Part shown: positions 1-10,228 of the stretch, piece after piece
Layout of the letters: each line of letters begins with the position of its first letter
Numbering within the stretch: position 1 is the first letter of the stretch
From: a virus
Lineage: Duplodnaviria > Caudoviricetes
Direction: 5' to 3' (one strand)
Virus record (IMG/VR): IMGVR_UViG_3300016471_001002
Coordinates: 64,001 to 128,000 of that record
DNA: 64,000 nt
Translations under genes and position numbers: made by a program
The notes under the pieces: generated by a model
The model's input: the letters and a program-made list of their open reading frames with translations, nothing else
Told to the model about the DNA's origin: nothing
Database searches by the model: none

Positions 1-28
1 TAATTAAATTTCCCACTGAGAGACCAAT

Positions 29-2611
29 ATGACTTACACACGCGATGAAGCATACCAGGCATCTTTAAAATACTTTAACGGTGATGAATTAGCAGCAAGC
101 GTATATTGCGACAAATATGCTCTAAGGAATCCTGCAGGAAGTTTGCTGGAACTAACTCCATCAGACATGCACGTTCGATTAGCCAAGGAATTTGCTCGAA
201 TCGAGGCAAAATATCCGAACCCCATGTCTGAGAAGGAGATTTTTTGCCTCCTCGCTGATGTTGAGCACATCGATGTTTCGCAACGTGCAGTAATGTCTCT
301 TGAGGAACTTGCCAAGGAATCTCGTGGTCTAGGACCTGTAGTTCCTCAAGGTTCACCGATGTCGGCAATTGGAAATGAATTCCAGTATCAATCTCTGTCG
401 AACTGCTTTGTCATTCAGTCTCCTTATGATTCTTATGCCGGTATTCTTAAGGCTGATCAAGAACAAGCGCAGATCATGAAACGAAGAGGTGGCGTTGGTT
501 TTGACATTTCTACGATTCGTCCGAAAGGAATTGTCACCGCCAATGCAGCTCGCACTACCGACGGTATTGGCGTCTTCATGGAGAGGTTCTCAAACACCTG
601 CCGTGAAGTGGCCCAAGGCGGCCGCCGCGGTGCTTTGATGTTGACGATTGATGTTCACCATCCCGAAATTAGAACATTCGTTAACATCAAACGAGACCTC
701 AAAAAGGTTACCGGTGCAAACATCTCGATCCGCTTGACGGATGAATTCATGCAGGCGGTGAAGGACGGTAATAAGGTTCATCTTCGGTTCCCTGTTGAGA
801 AAAACGCAAAACATTTAGTTGAAGAGATGGTTGATGCCAAGCAACTTTGGCATGAAATCATCGAGGCTGCATGGGCCTCAGCTGAACCCGGTCTTCTATT
901 TTGGGATACTGTCAAAAAGCGTACCCCAACTGAAGCGTATGCATCTGTTGGATATGGGTCAACATCAACGAATCCATGCGGTGAGATTGTTCTATCTCCT
1001 TACGATTCGTGCAGATTGCTTCTAGTCAATCTTTATAAGTTTGTAAAGAATCCATTTACTTCAGCTGCTGCATACGACAATGAAAGATTCAAGGACGTCG
1101 TCATCAAGGCTCAACGCCTTATGGACGATCTCATCGATCTTGAGATTGAAGCTGTAGATAAAATTATTTCCAAGATTAAGAAAGATCCTGAACCTGATGA
1201 TGTAAAACAATCGGAACTTAATCTTTGGATTAAAATTAAGGAAGCAGCTTTGGGCGGTCGTAGAACCGGTCTTGGAATTACTGCTTTGGGTGATGCTATA
1301 GCCGCTATGGGATTCGTTTACGGATCGCAACAATCCATTCAGATGACAGAATCACTCTACAAGGCTCTTGCACTCTCTGCATATCGTTCAACAATCACGA
1401 TGGCAGAGGAACGTGGAGCATTCCCTGTCTTCTCACACAAGCTCGAGGCCGAGCATCCATTCGTCAAGCAGATCCTCGAAGCAAATCCAGAGCTCGTCAG
1501 AGATTATAAGAAGCATGGTCGTAGAAACATTGCCCTTACGACAACGGCTCCTGCTGGTTCTGTCTCGGTTCTTACCCAAACCACATCCGGTATCGAACCT
1601 GCATTCATGTTGTTCTACAAACGCCGCAAGAAGGTCAACGGTGATGATCCAAATGTCAAGGTCGACTTTGTTGATCCACTCGGTGATAAGTGGCAGGAAT
1701 TCATGGTCTACCACCATGCATTCAAGAAATGGATGGAGGTCAACCACAAGACAAAGGACAACGTTGCAGAGTCTCCTTACCACGGTGGAACAGCCAACGA
1801 GATCGATTGGGTCGCCAAGGTAGATCTTCAGGCCGCGGCCCAGAAGTGGATCTGCCATTCTATCTCCAACACAACAAACATCCCTAATTCAACTTCCGTA
1901 GATGTTGTCAAGGAGATCTACATGAAGGGTTGGGAGACTGGATGCAAGGGTGTCACTATCTATCGTGATGGTTGCCGAACCGGCGTCCTTGTGGCCGAGA
2001 CGAAGCCTGAAGAGAAGAAGGTGGACCTCGATGGTCAACCGGAGACCATGGTAGAAAGCCATGCGCCAAAGCGACCCAAGGAATTAACCTGTGATATTCA
2101 CAGAATTAACGTGAGGGCAGGTGGTGACAACGAGAGCTACTTGGTGTTGGTCGGACGGTTGGATGACAAACCTTACGAGATCTTCTGCGGTCTATCTCAA
2201 CACGTCGAGGTACCAAAGAAGGCGAAGACAGGCACTCTTATCAAGAATGGTAAGAAGGATGGTGTGGCGACGTACAATCTCCAGATTCCAATCGGTGATG
2301 ATGACCACCTCCTTTTTAAGGATGTTGTCGAACTTTTTGCCAATCCAAACCACGGAGCAATGACGAGGACACTTTCTCTTGCTCTTCGACACGGAGTCCC
2401 TGTTCAATATGTCGTCGAACAGTTGCAGAAAGACAAGCACAGCGGATTGCAGTCTTTTTCAAAGGCGATTGCTAGAGTCTTAAAGAGCTACATTCCGGAT
2501 GGAACCAAGTCCAACTCTGATAAGATCTGCGGGTCGTGCGGACTTGAAGGAATCGTCTATAAAGAAGGATGCGCGACTTGTAATTCTTGCGGGTGGAGCA
2601 AGTGCGGGTAA
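29..2611 (+). CDS. nrdJ: Class II (B12-dependent) ribonucleotide reductase
   Basis: TNPCGEI catalytic loop, SNCFV, TTAPAGS, KGVTIYRDG, C-terminal TSCPD-like domain and CxxC..CxxC; no small-subunit gene nearby. Confidence 0.92.
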   Translation: MTYTRDEAYQASLKYFNGDELAASVYCDKYALRNPAGSLLELTPSDMHVRLAKEFARIEAKYPNPMSEKEIFCLLADVEHIDVSQRAVMSLEELAKESRGLGPVVPQGSPMSAIGNEFQYQSLSNCFVIQSPYDSYAGILKADQEQAQIMKRRGGVGFDISTIRPKGIVTANAARTTDGIGVFMERFSNTCREVAQGGRRGALMLTIDVHHPEIRTFVNIKRDLKKVTGANISIRLTDEFMQAVKDGNKVHLRFPVEKNAKHLVEEMVDAKQLWHEIIEAAWASAEPGLLFWDTVKKRTPTEAYASVGYGSTSTNPCGEIVLSPYDSCRLLLVNLYKFVKNPFTSAAAYDNERFKDVVIKAQRLMDDLIDLEIEAVDKIISKIKKDPEPDDVKQSELNLWIKIKEAALGGRRTGLGITALGDAIAAMGFVYGSQQSIQMTESLYKALALSAYRSTITMAEERGAFPVFSHKLEAEHPFVKQILEANPELVRDYKKHGRRNIALTTTAPAGSVSVLTQTTSGIEPAFMLFYKRRKKVNGDDPNVKVDFVDPLGDKWQEFMVYHHAFKKWMEVNHKTKDNVAESPYHGGTANEIDWVAKVDLQAAAQKWICHSISNTTNIPNSTSVDVVKEIYMKGWETGCKGVTIYRDGCRTGVLVAETKPEEKKVDLDGQPETMVESHAPKRPKELTCDIHRINVRAGGDNESYLVLVGRLDDKPYEIFCGLSQHVEVPKKAKTGTLIKNGKKDGVATYNLQIPIGDDDHLLFKDVVELFANPNHGAMTRTLSLALRHGVPVQYVVEQLQKDKHSGLQSFSKAIARVLKSYIPDGTKSNSDKICGSCGLEGIVYKEGCATCNSCGWSKCG

Positions 2612-2623
2612 TATTTAGTTTTT

Positions 2624-2950
2624 ATGAAAATAAAAGTTAAAGATCTTAAACGATTAATTAGGGAAAGTTATGCTCGTGAAATCCCGTCATATGTCGTTGA
2701 TGAGATTTACATTTCAGCTTCTAAATTAGATCCAAAAAAATCTGCAAAATATTGCAAAGAACAATTAGAGCATTATTTTAAAATGCATATTAATTCTACT
2801 TCTTCAAATCCAGCTGATATGAGAATGAAGATTATCAAAATGCATAATGTTCTTTCGAATATGGAAGAAGAGATTAGAGAATTAAAAAACTTTAAAGAAG
2901 AATTAAAAGAAGTAATTGATCAAAGTATCAGACGTTTCCTGTTCATTTAA
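2624..2950 (+). CDS. Hypothetical protein with N-terminal 'DLKRLIRES' motif (putative virion/late protein)
   Basis: ORF track; motif shared with many ORFs in the window; ATATTTA at 2611-2617. Confidence 0.6.
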   Translation: MKIKVKDLKRLIRESYAREIPSYVVDEIYISASKLDPKKSAKYCKEQLEHYFKMHINSTSSNPADMRMKIIKMHNVLSNMEEEIRELKNFKEELKEVIDQSIRRFLFI

Positions 2951-2992
2951 ATTGTTGTGTTCAATTAAAGTAGTACATAGTAATATTGTCCC

Positions 2993-3652
2993 ATGCCTCC
3001 TAGGTCTAACAAAGTTGAATTAATTGGATATTATGGTTCTGACGAAACTCATGCACTTTCAGCATGGACATCAACATCAAGAGATCTAACTGAGGATAAA
3101 AGAGAAAGAATTCCAAAGCTACTTAAAATGTTAGCCGAAAATTCACATGAGACCCCTTTTGAAAAGAGTTCACTGCATTTTCTGGTAACCACAGACATTG
3201 CTTCTCACATCCATCTCTTGAAGCATCGTATCGGCGTATCAATTAATGCTGAATCAGCTCGTTATAAAGAGCTTAAGGAAGACAAATATCACGTTCCGAT
3301 TGACTGGGACTCAGAGGAACAAGAGATTTACATCGAACATATGGAATCCAGCCTACAAAAGTATCACTCTACGTTAGAAAGGTTGGTTCAAAAAGGGATG
3401 AGTAGGAAGAGAGCTAAGGAATCAGCTCGATTATATCTTCCTTATGGAAATCAGATAACTGCCGACGTCATGTTCAATTTTCGTAGTTTTGTCCACTTTC
3501 TTCGATTACGATATTCAGAACACGCCCAAGTAGAAATTAGAGACATCGCAAAACAGATGTTAGATCTTGTTCATTCGACTGGATCTTTTAATCATACGAT
3601 GGAGGCATTTGGATTGACGATTGAAGGAAATTTGAGAGGGCCTTTTACATGA
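2993..3652 (+). CDS. thyX: Flavin-dependent thymidylate synthase
   Basis: HETPFE and KHRIGVSINAESARY (ThyX RHRx7-8SxR-like motif), NFRSFVHFLRLR..HAQVEIR. Confidence 0.93.
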   Translation: MPPRSNKVELIGYYGSDETHALSAWTSTSRDLTEDKRERIPKLLKMLAENSHETPFEKSSLHFLVTTDIASHIHLLKHRIGVSINAESARYKELKEDKYHVPIDWDSEEQEIYIEHMESSLQKYHSTLERLVQKGMSRKRAKESARLYLPYGNQITADVMFNFRSFVHFLRLRYSEHAQVEIRDIAKQMLDLVHSTGSFNHTMEAFGLTIEGNLRGPFT

Positions 3653-4242
3653 GCAAGATCATCGTGATTGAAGGACCAGATCGTGTAGGAAAACAGACTC
3701 AAACTCGTCTTTTGAAAAGAAAACTTTCAGAAAGAGGATTTTCTTCGATCGTTATTGAAGTACCAATTAAATCGGCGGTAACGTACAGAATCATTTATTG
3801 GATGCTTCAAAATGGTCTTGCAAAAAAATTTCCAAAAATCTTTCAATGGTTTCAATATATGAATAGAAAGATTTTTCAAGTTTTTAAATTGCCTCATTTA
3901 GAAAAAAACCATGATTGTATCATCATGGACAGATGGAGTTTATCTACTATAGTGTATGGCGTTGCCGAAGGAGTTCCTTTGGAGTATACCATGAAATTAG
4001 CTAGAAAGTTGAGAGAACCAGATCATACGATTATTCTTCATGGAGATTCGCACGTTCATGAAGCTGAAGATTCATATGAGGCAGATTCTGAACTTCAAAA
4101 AAATGTTAGAATTGAGTATGCAAAATGGGCAAAAAACAACCCAAAAACGACAACACTTATTGACTGCCGACAAGAAAAAAAGGTAATTTCTAAAAGAATT
4201 AGAAATGTATTGTATGAAAGAGGAATTTTAGAAAGACCTTAA
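3649..4242 (+). CDS. tmk: Thymidylate kinase
   Basis: IVIEGPDRVGKQTQ P-loop variant, IMDRWSLS (DR motif); ATGA overlap with thyX. Confidence 0.85.
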   Translation: MSKIIVIEGPDRVGKQTQTRLLKRKLSERGFSSIVIEVPIKSAVTYRIIYWMLQNGLAKKFPKIFQWFQYMNRKIFQVFKLPHLEKNHDCIIMDRWSLSTIVYGVAEGVPLEYTMKLARKLREPDHTIILHGDSHVHEAEDSYEADSELQKNVRIEYAKWAKNNPKTTTLIDCRQEKKVISKRIRNVLYERGILERP

Positions 4243-4295
4243 ATTTATAATACAAAATAGTTTTTTTATGTATGATTTATTAAATTAGAGGTGTT

Positions 4296-4559
4296 ATGAA
4301 CTATAAAATTTCAGATTCAGTTGCGATGCGGTTTATTCAAATTTTTCAAGAGGCAGTTTTAATGGGAGTAGATGGCGCAGATTTAATGCGACAGGTTCGT
4401 TTAACTGTCGACGAGTCATCTCCTGATACGTTAACCTTACATCCTGAATATGAGAAAATGGTTGAAGCCCAGCATAAGAAATACCTTGAAGATGCTGAAA
4501 AATTAAAGTCTCAATCTGAAACTTTGACCGATGTTCCTAAATTAATTTTTGAGAATTGA
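4296..4559 (+). CDS. Hypothetical protein
   Basis: ORF track; SD GAGG at about 4286. Confidence 0.6.
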   Translation: MNYKISDSVAMRFIQIFQEAVLMGVDGADLMRQVRLTVDESSPDTLTLHPEYEKMVEAQHKKYLEDAEKLKSQSETLTDVPKLIFEN

Positions 4560-4637
4560 AACTGCGATGAAATTTGCAATATTCATGATATTGTTTTCTA
4601 TCATTGTTATCATGAAAGCTTCAAACACAAAGGAATA

Positions 4638-5006
4638 TTGATGGACAAGCTACAAGAAATGTGGGAGCAACAAAAACAATTTATGGAGTTGTTGCGACAA
4701 CAACGAGACTTTCCTCCATTTCCAGTTGATCCAACGTCTAAGTCTGGTCAAAAACTTCTTAAAGGAATTACGCATGAATGTATGCATGAGCTCTTCGAAG
4801 CTAACCAGACATTAAAAAACTCAAAGGATCATCGTGCAACAGATGTGAAAGAGTTTGATAGAGAACATTATGTCGAAGAGCTCGTCGACGCTCTTCATTA
4901 TTTTTTTGAAATTGCAATTCTTAGTGGCATAACTTTGGATGAGCTTCATGATTCATACATGAAAAAAGGCGAAACTAACGTAAACAGAATTAAAAATGGG
5001 TATTGA
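4638..5006 (+). CDS. All-alpha dimeric dUTPase/dCTPase (MazG-like superfamily)
   Basis: ECMHELFEA...K.H and EELVDALHYF acidic helices typical of the dUTPase_2/T4 gp56-like fold. Confidence 0.75.
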   Translation: MMDKLQEMWEQQKQFMELLRQQRDFPPFPVDPTSKSGQKLLKGITHECMHELFEANQTLKNSKDHRATDVKEFDREHYVEELVDALHYFFEIAILSGITLDELHDSYMKKGETNVNRIKNGY

Positions 5007-5111
5007 TAAAAATATTTTTACCCCTTTTCAAAATTTTAATGATGTTTATCATGTCTCCGTAACGATGGAATGCAACAAAATCCATCGACTTTATAAAAAG
5101 GAGATAGAAAA

Positions 5112-5471
5112 ATGTTGACTAGATACTACGATAGTATTCGCACACCTGTGTTTAATTTGCTTGATCCATTTAAGGTTTTTAACGACTTTGAAATGACGAG
5201 TTATCAACGTCAATTAGATTCTATTGATGAAGAAGGTATTAAAATTGAACTACCCGGTGTTAAATCCATGGATGTCGACGTAACGGTAGAAGGTAGAACT
5301 TTGAAAGTTTCAGGTAAATCTAGGCATGGAAAAGAATTTAGTTATGCTTACAATTTAAGATCAACTGTAGATGAATCAGGGATTGTTGCAAAGCTTGAAG
5401 ACGGTCTTTTGTCAATTTCTTTACCAAAGAAACAAGAGAGTACCGCAAGAAAAATTCACGTTTCTGGTTAA
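5112..5471 (+). CDS. Small heat-shock protein (Hsp20)
   Basis: IELPGVKSMDVDVTVEGRTLKVSG...AKLEDGLLSISLPK alpha-crystallin signature; SD AAGGAG. Confidence 0.88.
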   Translation: MLTRYYDSIRTPVFNLLDPFKVFNDFEMTSYQRQLDSIDEEGIKIELPGVKSMDVDVTVEGRTLKVSGKSRHGKEFSYAYNLRSTVDESGIVAKLEDGLLSISLPKKQESTARKIHVSG

Positions 5472-5494
5472 AAGTTGTTTTCAGTTGATGCTCG

Positions 5495-5522
5495 AGGCTC
5501 GATAAAAAATCGAGCCTTTTTA
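5495..5522 (+). terminator. Intrinsic terminator
   Basis: AGGCTCGAT-AAAAA-ATCGAGCCT followed by a T run, after the hsp20 stop. Confidence 0.85.
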
Positions 5523-5564
5523 CTTTTATGATGTATAATTAATCGTATCAATTTGGAGATACAT

Positions 5565-6086
5565 ATGAAAATAACTGAATCAAAACTTCGTCAAATAATC
5601 AAAGAAGAATACCTCAGAGTAACCCCCGTGATGCCCGGTGAGATTATGTCTGAAGCTCGCGCGATGTACTTGGCAGAAGAAATTGTCAATGAAGGATTTT
5701 TTACCAACGCATTGGGCGCTATCAAGGGATTAGCGTCTGGAATCGGTGCTGCAGGAGCGAAAGCTGGAGAAAAAGCTGCAGGAGCAGCTTCTAAAGTTGG
5801 AGGACAGCTAGCAGCAGCTGCTCAAAAATTAGCAGCGCCGGTCGCCGCTGCAGGAAAAGATGCAATTGCAGCGATTAAAGACATCAAAGACGCCGGCGTG
5901 AAAGCAGCTGCGATGACAGCATCGAATACAATCAAAGCTGCTTTAGAAAAAGAAGTCAAGAATCAAGTTGCTATAATCATTCAAAAAGAAGTTGCCGCTG
6001 GAAAGGATGAGGCTTCAGCAAAGGCTGAAGCTGAAGCAGTCGTATCAAACGCTTTAGCTGCCGCTCTTATGGGCATTGGCGGCTGA
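5565..6086 (+). CDS. Ala-rich protein with 'MKITESKLRQIIKEE' N-terminus
   Basis: ATG 5565 with SD GGAG and ATAATTA at 5535-5541. Confidence 0.65.
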   Translation: MKITESKLRQIIKEEYLRVTPVMPGEIMSEARAMYLAEEIVNEGFFTNALGAIKGLASGIGAAGAKAGEKAAGAASKVGGQLAAAAQKLAAPVAAAGKDAIAAIKDIKDAGVKAAAMTASNTIKAALEKEVKNQVAIIIQKEVAAGKDEASAKAEAEAVVSNALAAALMGIGG

Positions 6087-6149
6087 TTAGTTAATTAGAA
6101 CTTTATCTTTGTATAATATTTCAATGTTGTATACAATGTTGATCATTAT

Positions 6150-6587
6150 ATGACAGAAGAAGAAGATAAAGTTCTTTGCGAAAAATATCCCAAGATATTC
6201 AAAAACAGAAACGGATCCATACAAGAAACCTGTATGGCTTGGGGGTTTGAGTGTGGATCCGGATGGTTTGATATCATCGATATCCTTTGTCACGAAATAC
6301 AAAATCATGTAGACTGGAAGTCTAAAGATCTATCAGAAGAAGAGAAAGAATCTCTACAGGTTGTTGCAGACCAGGTCAAAGAAAAATTTGGCACTCTTCG
6401 TTTTTATTACAGCGGAGGTGATGATGTCATCGAAGGTATGGTTTCGATGGCTGAATCGATATCACATCGCATTTGTGAAGAATGTGGTTGTCCAGGTGAT
6501 CCGCGCAAAGGTTCATGGATAAAAACTCTTTGTGACAAATGCAATGATGAAAGAAAGACGAAGATGGGAGTAATTCGATGCGTTTAG
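6150..6587 (+). CDS. Conserved-looking phage hypothetical protein with C-terminal CxxC pairs
   Basis: GFECGSGWFDII, QVKEKFGTLRFYY, CEECG..CDKC. Confidence 0.6.
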   Translation: MTEEEDKVLCEKYPKIFKNRNGSIQETCMAWGFECGSGWFDIIDILCHEIQNHVDWKSKDLSEEEKESLQVVADQVKEKFGTLRFYYSGGDDVIEGMVSMAESISHRICEECGCPGDPRKGSWIKTLCDKCNDERKTKMGVIRCV

Positions 6588-7411
6588 CATGGATGACTGA
6601 TATTCATCTCGATATGGCAGGAGATATTTTTAATAAAATCTTGTCAATGTCGATGTCTAGTCATGAAGCTGATGCAATATTAATCACTGGAGACATATCA
6701 GTTTCTAATACCTTAACGCAGCATCTGTCTGCTCTTGAAATTGGGTTTAATAAACCAATTTATTTCGTTCTTGGAAATCATGACTATTACGGATCTAATA
6801 TATCGACAGTAAGAAGAAACGTCGTGAATTATTGTAATTCTTCATCTTTTTTAAGATATATGACATCCGTTCCTTACGTAAAATTAGAAGAAGGAACATA
6901 TTTGATTGGACACGATGGATGGTATGATGCCCAAAATGGTAATCCGTACAGCGATTCTTTGTTGATGAATGATTGGATTCAAATAGCTGATTATAATGCA
7001 GCGTTAAGATCTTCTTTTGGTGGAAAGACTTTAAATAAAAACGTTATCATCAATATTTCACAAAAGTTAGCGCAACTTGCAGCGAACCATGTAGCAAATT
7101 CTATTAAGTCTATTGTTAAAGAAAGTGAACATATCATCATAATGACTCATGTTCCTCCATTTAAAGAGACTTTTAATGCATCTGAAAAATATAAAGGAAT
7201 GTCTTCATTAGAAATTATGCCGTGGTATACTTCTAAGATCATGGGAGATACTTTGTTTGCTGCTGCAAAAACATATCCACACGTTAAGTTTACAGTATTA
7301 TCTGGTCACGTTCATAGTTATTATGACGATGATTTGCTAAATAACTTAAACGTTAAAGTCGGAAAAGCTATTTACGGAAATCCTCAGTTAGCAAGTTTGA
7401 TATCGATTTAA
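6578..7411 (+). CDS. Calcineurin-like metallophosphoesterase
   Basis: TDIH, TGDIS, LGNHDYY, THVPP, SGHVH motifs. Confidence 0.88.
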   Translation: MRLAWMTDIHLDMAGDIFNKILSMSMSSHEADAILITGDISVSNTLTQHLSALEIGFNKPIYFVLGNHDYYGSNISTVRRNVVNYCNSSSFLRYMTSVPYVKLEEGTYLIGHDGWYDAQNGNPYSDSLLMNDWIQIADYNAALRSSFGGKTLNKNVIINISQKLAQLAANHVANSIKSIVKESEHIIIMTHVPPFKETFNASEKYKGMSSLEIMPWYTSKIMGDTLFAAAKTYPHVKFTVLSGHVHSYYDDDLLNNLNVKVGKAIYGNPQLASLISI

Positions 7412-7428
7412 TTATTGGGAGGCGACTC

Positions 7429-7959
7429 ATGAAAAGATCGCTGCTTTTAAATTCAAATGGCGAACCTCTTCAGTTTATCACTGAAGTTAGGGCAATTAAA
7501 CTTATGTTAAGCGGTCGAGCCGACCCTCAAACAGGATCTACTGGTGAACTTTCATATTGGAATGAAGAGTATCAAACTTGCTCAAGCAGTTTCAAATTAC
7601 CAGCTATCTTAAGATTGAAGAATTATATCGTTCGCAAAATTGATAGAAAGCCTGCTCGTTTTCAAAAAAAGGTACTATTCAATAGAGATTCATGGTGCTG
7701 CCAATATTGTGGCATTGAATTAAGCTATTCTTCAGTTACAGTAGATCATGTGATTCCTGTATGCAAGGGTGGACCGACTACATGGTTCAATTGTGTTACC
7801 GCATGTAAAAATTGTAATAGAAGAAAAGGTGGCAAAACGCTTGAAGAAACTGGTATGCGTCTTTCGAAAAGGCCAATTGAACCATCAGCATTACATTTTT
7901 GGGATTTATCTAAGTCAACTGCGTGGCACGAAGATTGGTCTATGTTCGTCAATACATAG
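7429..7959 (+). CDS. HNH endonuclease (McrA-like)
   Basis: RDSWCCQYCG..TVDHVIPVCKGG...NCVTACKNCNRRKG. Confidence 0.9.
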   Translation: MKRSLLLNSNGEPLQFITEVRAIKLMLSGRADPQTGSTGELSYWNEEYQTCSSSFKLPAILRLKNYIVRKIDRKPARFQKKVLFNRDSWCCQYCGIELSYSSVTVDHVIPVCKGGPTTWFNCVTACKNCNRRKGGKTLEETGMRLSKRPIEPSALHFWDLSKSTAWHEDWSMFVNT

Positions 7960-8023
7960 TTATTAACTTACATTTACAAAAACTGCGTTTGAACAGAATA
8001 GTTATGCTAGGAGTTTTTTACAC

Positions 8024-9076
8024 ATGCGTTTGAAATTATCTGATCTACAGAAAGTTGTCAAAGAAACTTTGCAAGAAAAGAGCCATACGGAAGCATTTTG
8101 CAATGAGATTAAGAAAGTTTTTGGTCCTTCTGTCGTGGTCAATGACAATCTAGAGTCTTTGGTTGAAGCTGCAAATGAACGTTTAGACGTTATTGAATAC
8201 GTGGGAAGAGAGACGGTAAACTTTTCTCGTAAAGTTGCATTGGCTATGTCAACACATGAATCTCCTGAAGTAAGAAAATTAGTCGCAAGAGTTCTTCCAG
8301 AAAACGCATCTACAATTTTACTTTTTGACCCCGCCGCTAACGTTCGTCTTGCTGCAGCAAAAAAAGCGAAAAAAGAAGTTTTAGAAGAAGCAGTAAAGAA
8401 GTTTCCAAAAGATTCTGCTCTTCAAGATTTGTTTGAAGAAAAGAAAAAAGAAAAAGTTTCTGCTGTCGAAGCAGCTGCTGGACATGACAATGAAGATATG
8501 TTGAGCGACGATTGGTATGAAGGAGTCGCTCGTAAATTAATTCAAGATTATGCTAGATCGTTGGATACAACATGGCAAACATCTGCAGTTAAACAATTTT
8601 GCTCTTCTGTTAGATCTTCAACAAGAATTCCAGTAGATCCAATAAAGCTGATGGACAAAATGTCAGAACTTTTAAAGAAACATGATGATGCAAGAGAAGA
8701 ATATCTTGAGTTGAAAGAAAATGCGCAATTCCAAATGATCATTTCTCAAGATTTAGTTGATGATATGATGTGTGAAAGTTTATCTCCGCAATTGTTCATA
8801 GAACGTTGCAATGATGTTTTTAACATAAAGTATTCTGAGCTTCCTAGAGCAATTATGAAATTTAAGATTGAAGAAGGAACGAAGGCAAGAAAAATACCTA
8901 TTTCATGCACACTTCCTCATGGCAAAGCGCCTAGAAGAATTGATGAATTGGCTTTAGATTCTTACGTAAAACATTGGAATGATAAACAAAAATTAAATGG
9001 TGAGCCTTTTGTTGTACGTTGGTCTCCACATCCAGATTCAGCAAACAAAATTACATTTAAAGTTGAGCTTAAGTGA
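8024..9076 (+). CDS. Hypothetical protein with 'DLQKVVKETLQE' N-terminus and HEAT-like stretch
   Basis: ORF track; PEVRKLVAR..ANVRLAAA; SD AGGAG; ATAGTTA at 7998-8004. Confidence 0.6.
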   Translation: MRLKLSDLQKVVKETLQEKSHTEAFCNEIKKVFGPSVVVNDNLESLVEAANERLDVIEYVGRETVNFSRKVALAMSTHESPEVRKLVARVLPENASTILLFDPAANVRLAAAKKAKKEVLEEAVKKFPKDSALQDLFEEKKKEKVSAVEAAAGHDNEDMLSDDWYEGVARKLIQDYARSLDTTWQTSAVKQFCSSVRSSTRIPVDPIKLMDKMSELLKKHDDAREEYLELKENAQFQMIISQDLVDDMMCESLSPQLFIERCNDVFNIKYSELPRAIMKFKIEEGTKARKIPISCTLPHGKAPRRIDELALDSYVKHWNDKQKLNGEPFVVRWSPHPDSANKITFKVELK

Positions 9077-9636
9077 TGAAAAAGAAAAAATTATCAGAAT
9101 CTATGGAAATGGTTCTTACAGTTGAACCAAATTTATCTGTGATGACAGATAATATGATTGCCGAATGGGGAGGTTCTTCATATGCTCCTCTTTCTGTCGT
9201 TTTAGTGCATCTCAAGTACTTGTATGCTCTTCATCAAAATCATCATTGGACCGCAATGGGAGATCCTTATTACGGCGATCACCTGTTGTTCCAAAGACTA
9301 TATGGAAATATAGTTCAAGAAATTGATGGAATTGCTGAAAAAGCAATTGGCTTAGGGTCTACTTCAAATGTGGATTTACAGCTTGTAAATTCTCAAGTTC
9401 TAAAACTTATTTGTGGTCAAGGGTCTGTGACAATGATTCCTCAATCAACTGACCTTGCAAAGAAATCTTTGTTTGCTGAACTAAATTTTCTTAAAGTTAT
9501 CGATCACGTTATGGTATGTCTTAAAGAACTTGGTCTTCTTACACATGGACTTTCAAACATGCTTGAAGGTATTGCCGACGTACACGAAAGTCATGTTTAC
9601 CTATTGAAGCAAAGGATTTCAAAATCTTTAATTTGA
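9073..9636 (+). CDS. Ferritin/Dps-like four-helix protein
   Basis: LHQNHHWTAMG..YGDHLLFQRLY..EIDGIAEKAIG matches the Dps HW..H.LF..Y...D.IAER pattern. Confidence 0.75.
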   Translation: MMKKKKLSESMEMVLTVEPNLSVMTDNMIAEWGGSSYAPLSVVLVHLKYLYALHQNHHWTAMGDPYYGDHLLFQRLYGNIVQEIDGIAEKAIGLGSTSNVDLQLVNSQVLKLICGQGSVTMIPQSTDLAKKSLFAELNFLKVIDHVMVCLKELGLLTHGLSNMLEGIADVHESHVYLLKQRISKSLI

Positions 9637-9647
9637 AAGAAAATATT

Positions 9648-10187
9648 ATGAAGTTAACAGCTACGAAATTAAAACAAATTATAGCAGAAGAAATAAAGGC
9701 TGCTGTTCAACAAAAGAAAACCATTTCAGAGGCTATGTCTCCTATTACTCCTGATGAAGTTGAAGCTTGGAAGAGCGGAGATTGGGGATACGTTTCTGGT
9801 GATCAAGGCAGAATGATGGACGATGGTGATGATCCAGAAAGATTTTTACATGGAGAAGATCCCCATGATGATGAAGGATCAATGGTGAAATCTCGTTTGT
9901 ATTCAATGAAACAAATGAGTGCAGATCTTTGCGATTTATTAAACCCAGAAGATCAGCTTCCTGGTTGGGTTCAAGATCATATTTCAGTTGCTCATGAAAA
10001 CATGCAACAAGTTCATGGATATCTAATGGGAAGACAACATGCCATTGAACATGAAATGTCTTCGGGCGACGTTGTTGAATCCAAGAGCCGATTGAATGAA
10101 TCTCACAATCGAATCACAAAAGAAGAAATGAATGCTTGGATGCGCGGTGATTGGGGATTTAATTCCGAAGATTCTTCAAACGATTAA
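9648..10187 (+). CDS. Hypothetical protein with 'KLKQIIAEE' N-terminus and duplicated ITxEExxAWxxGDWG motif
   Basis: ATG 9648 in frame with ORF-track 9633; internal duplicate motif. Confidence 0.6.
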   Translation: MKLTATKLKQIIAEEIKAAVQQKKTISEAMSPITPDEVEAWKSGDWGYVSGDQGRMMDDGDDPERFLHGEDPHDDEGSMVKSRLYSMKQMSADLCDLLNPEDQLPGWVQDHISVAHENMQQVHGYLMGRQHAIEHEMSSGDVVESKSRLNESHNRITKEEMNAWMRGDWGFNSEDSSND

Positions 10188-10228
10188 TATTGTTTGTAAA
10201 TTCAATAATATAAAGATATTATCAAAGC

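Noticed and set aside
5063-5087. CIRCE or other heat-shock operator before hsp20 (CGATGGA-N11-TCCATCG)
   Set aside because: It does not match CIRCE (TTAGCACTC-N9-GAGTGCTAA); a single 7-bp inverted repeat is too weak to call.
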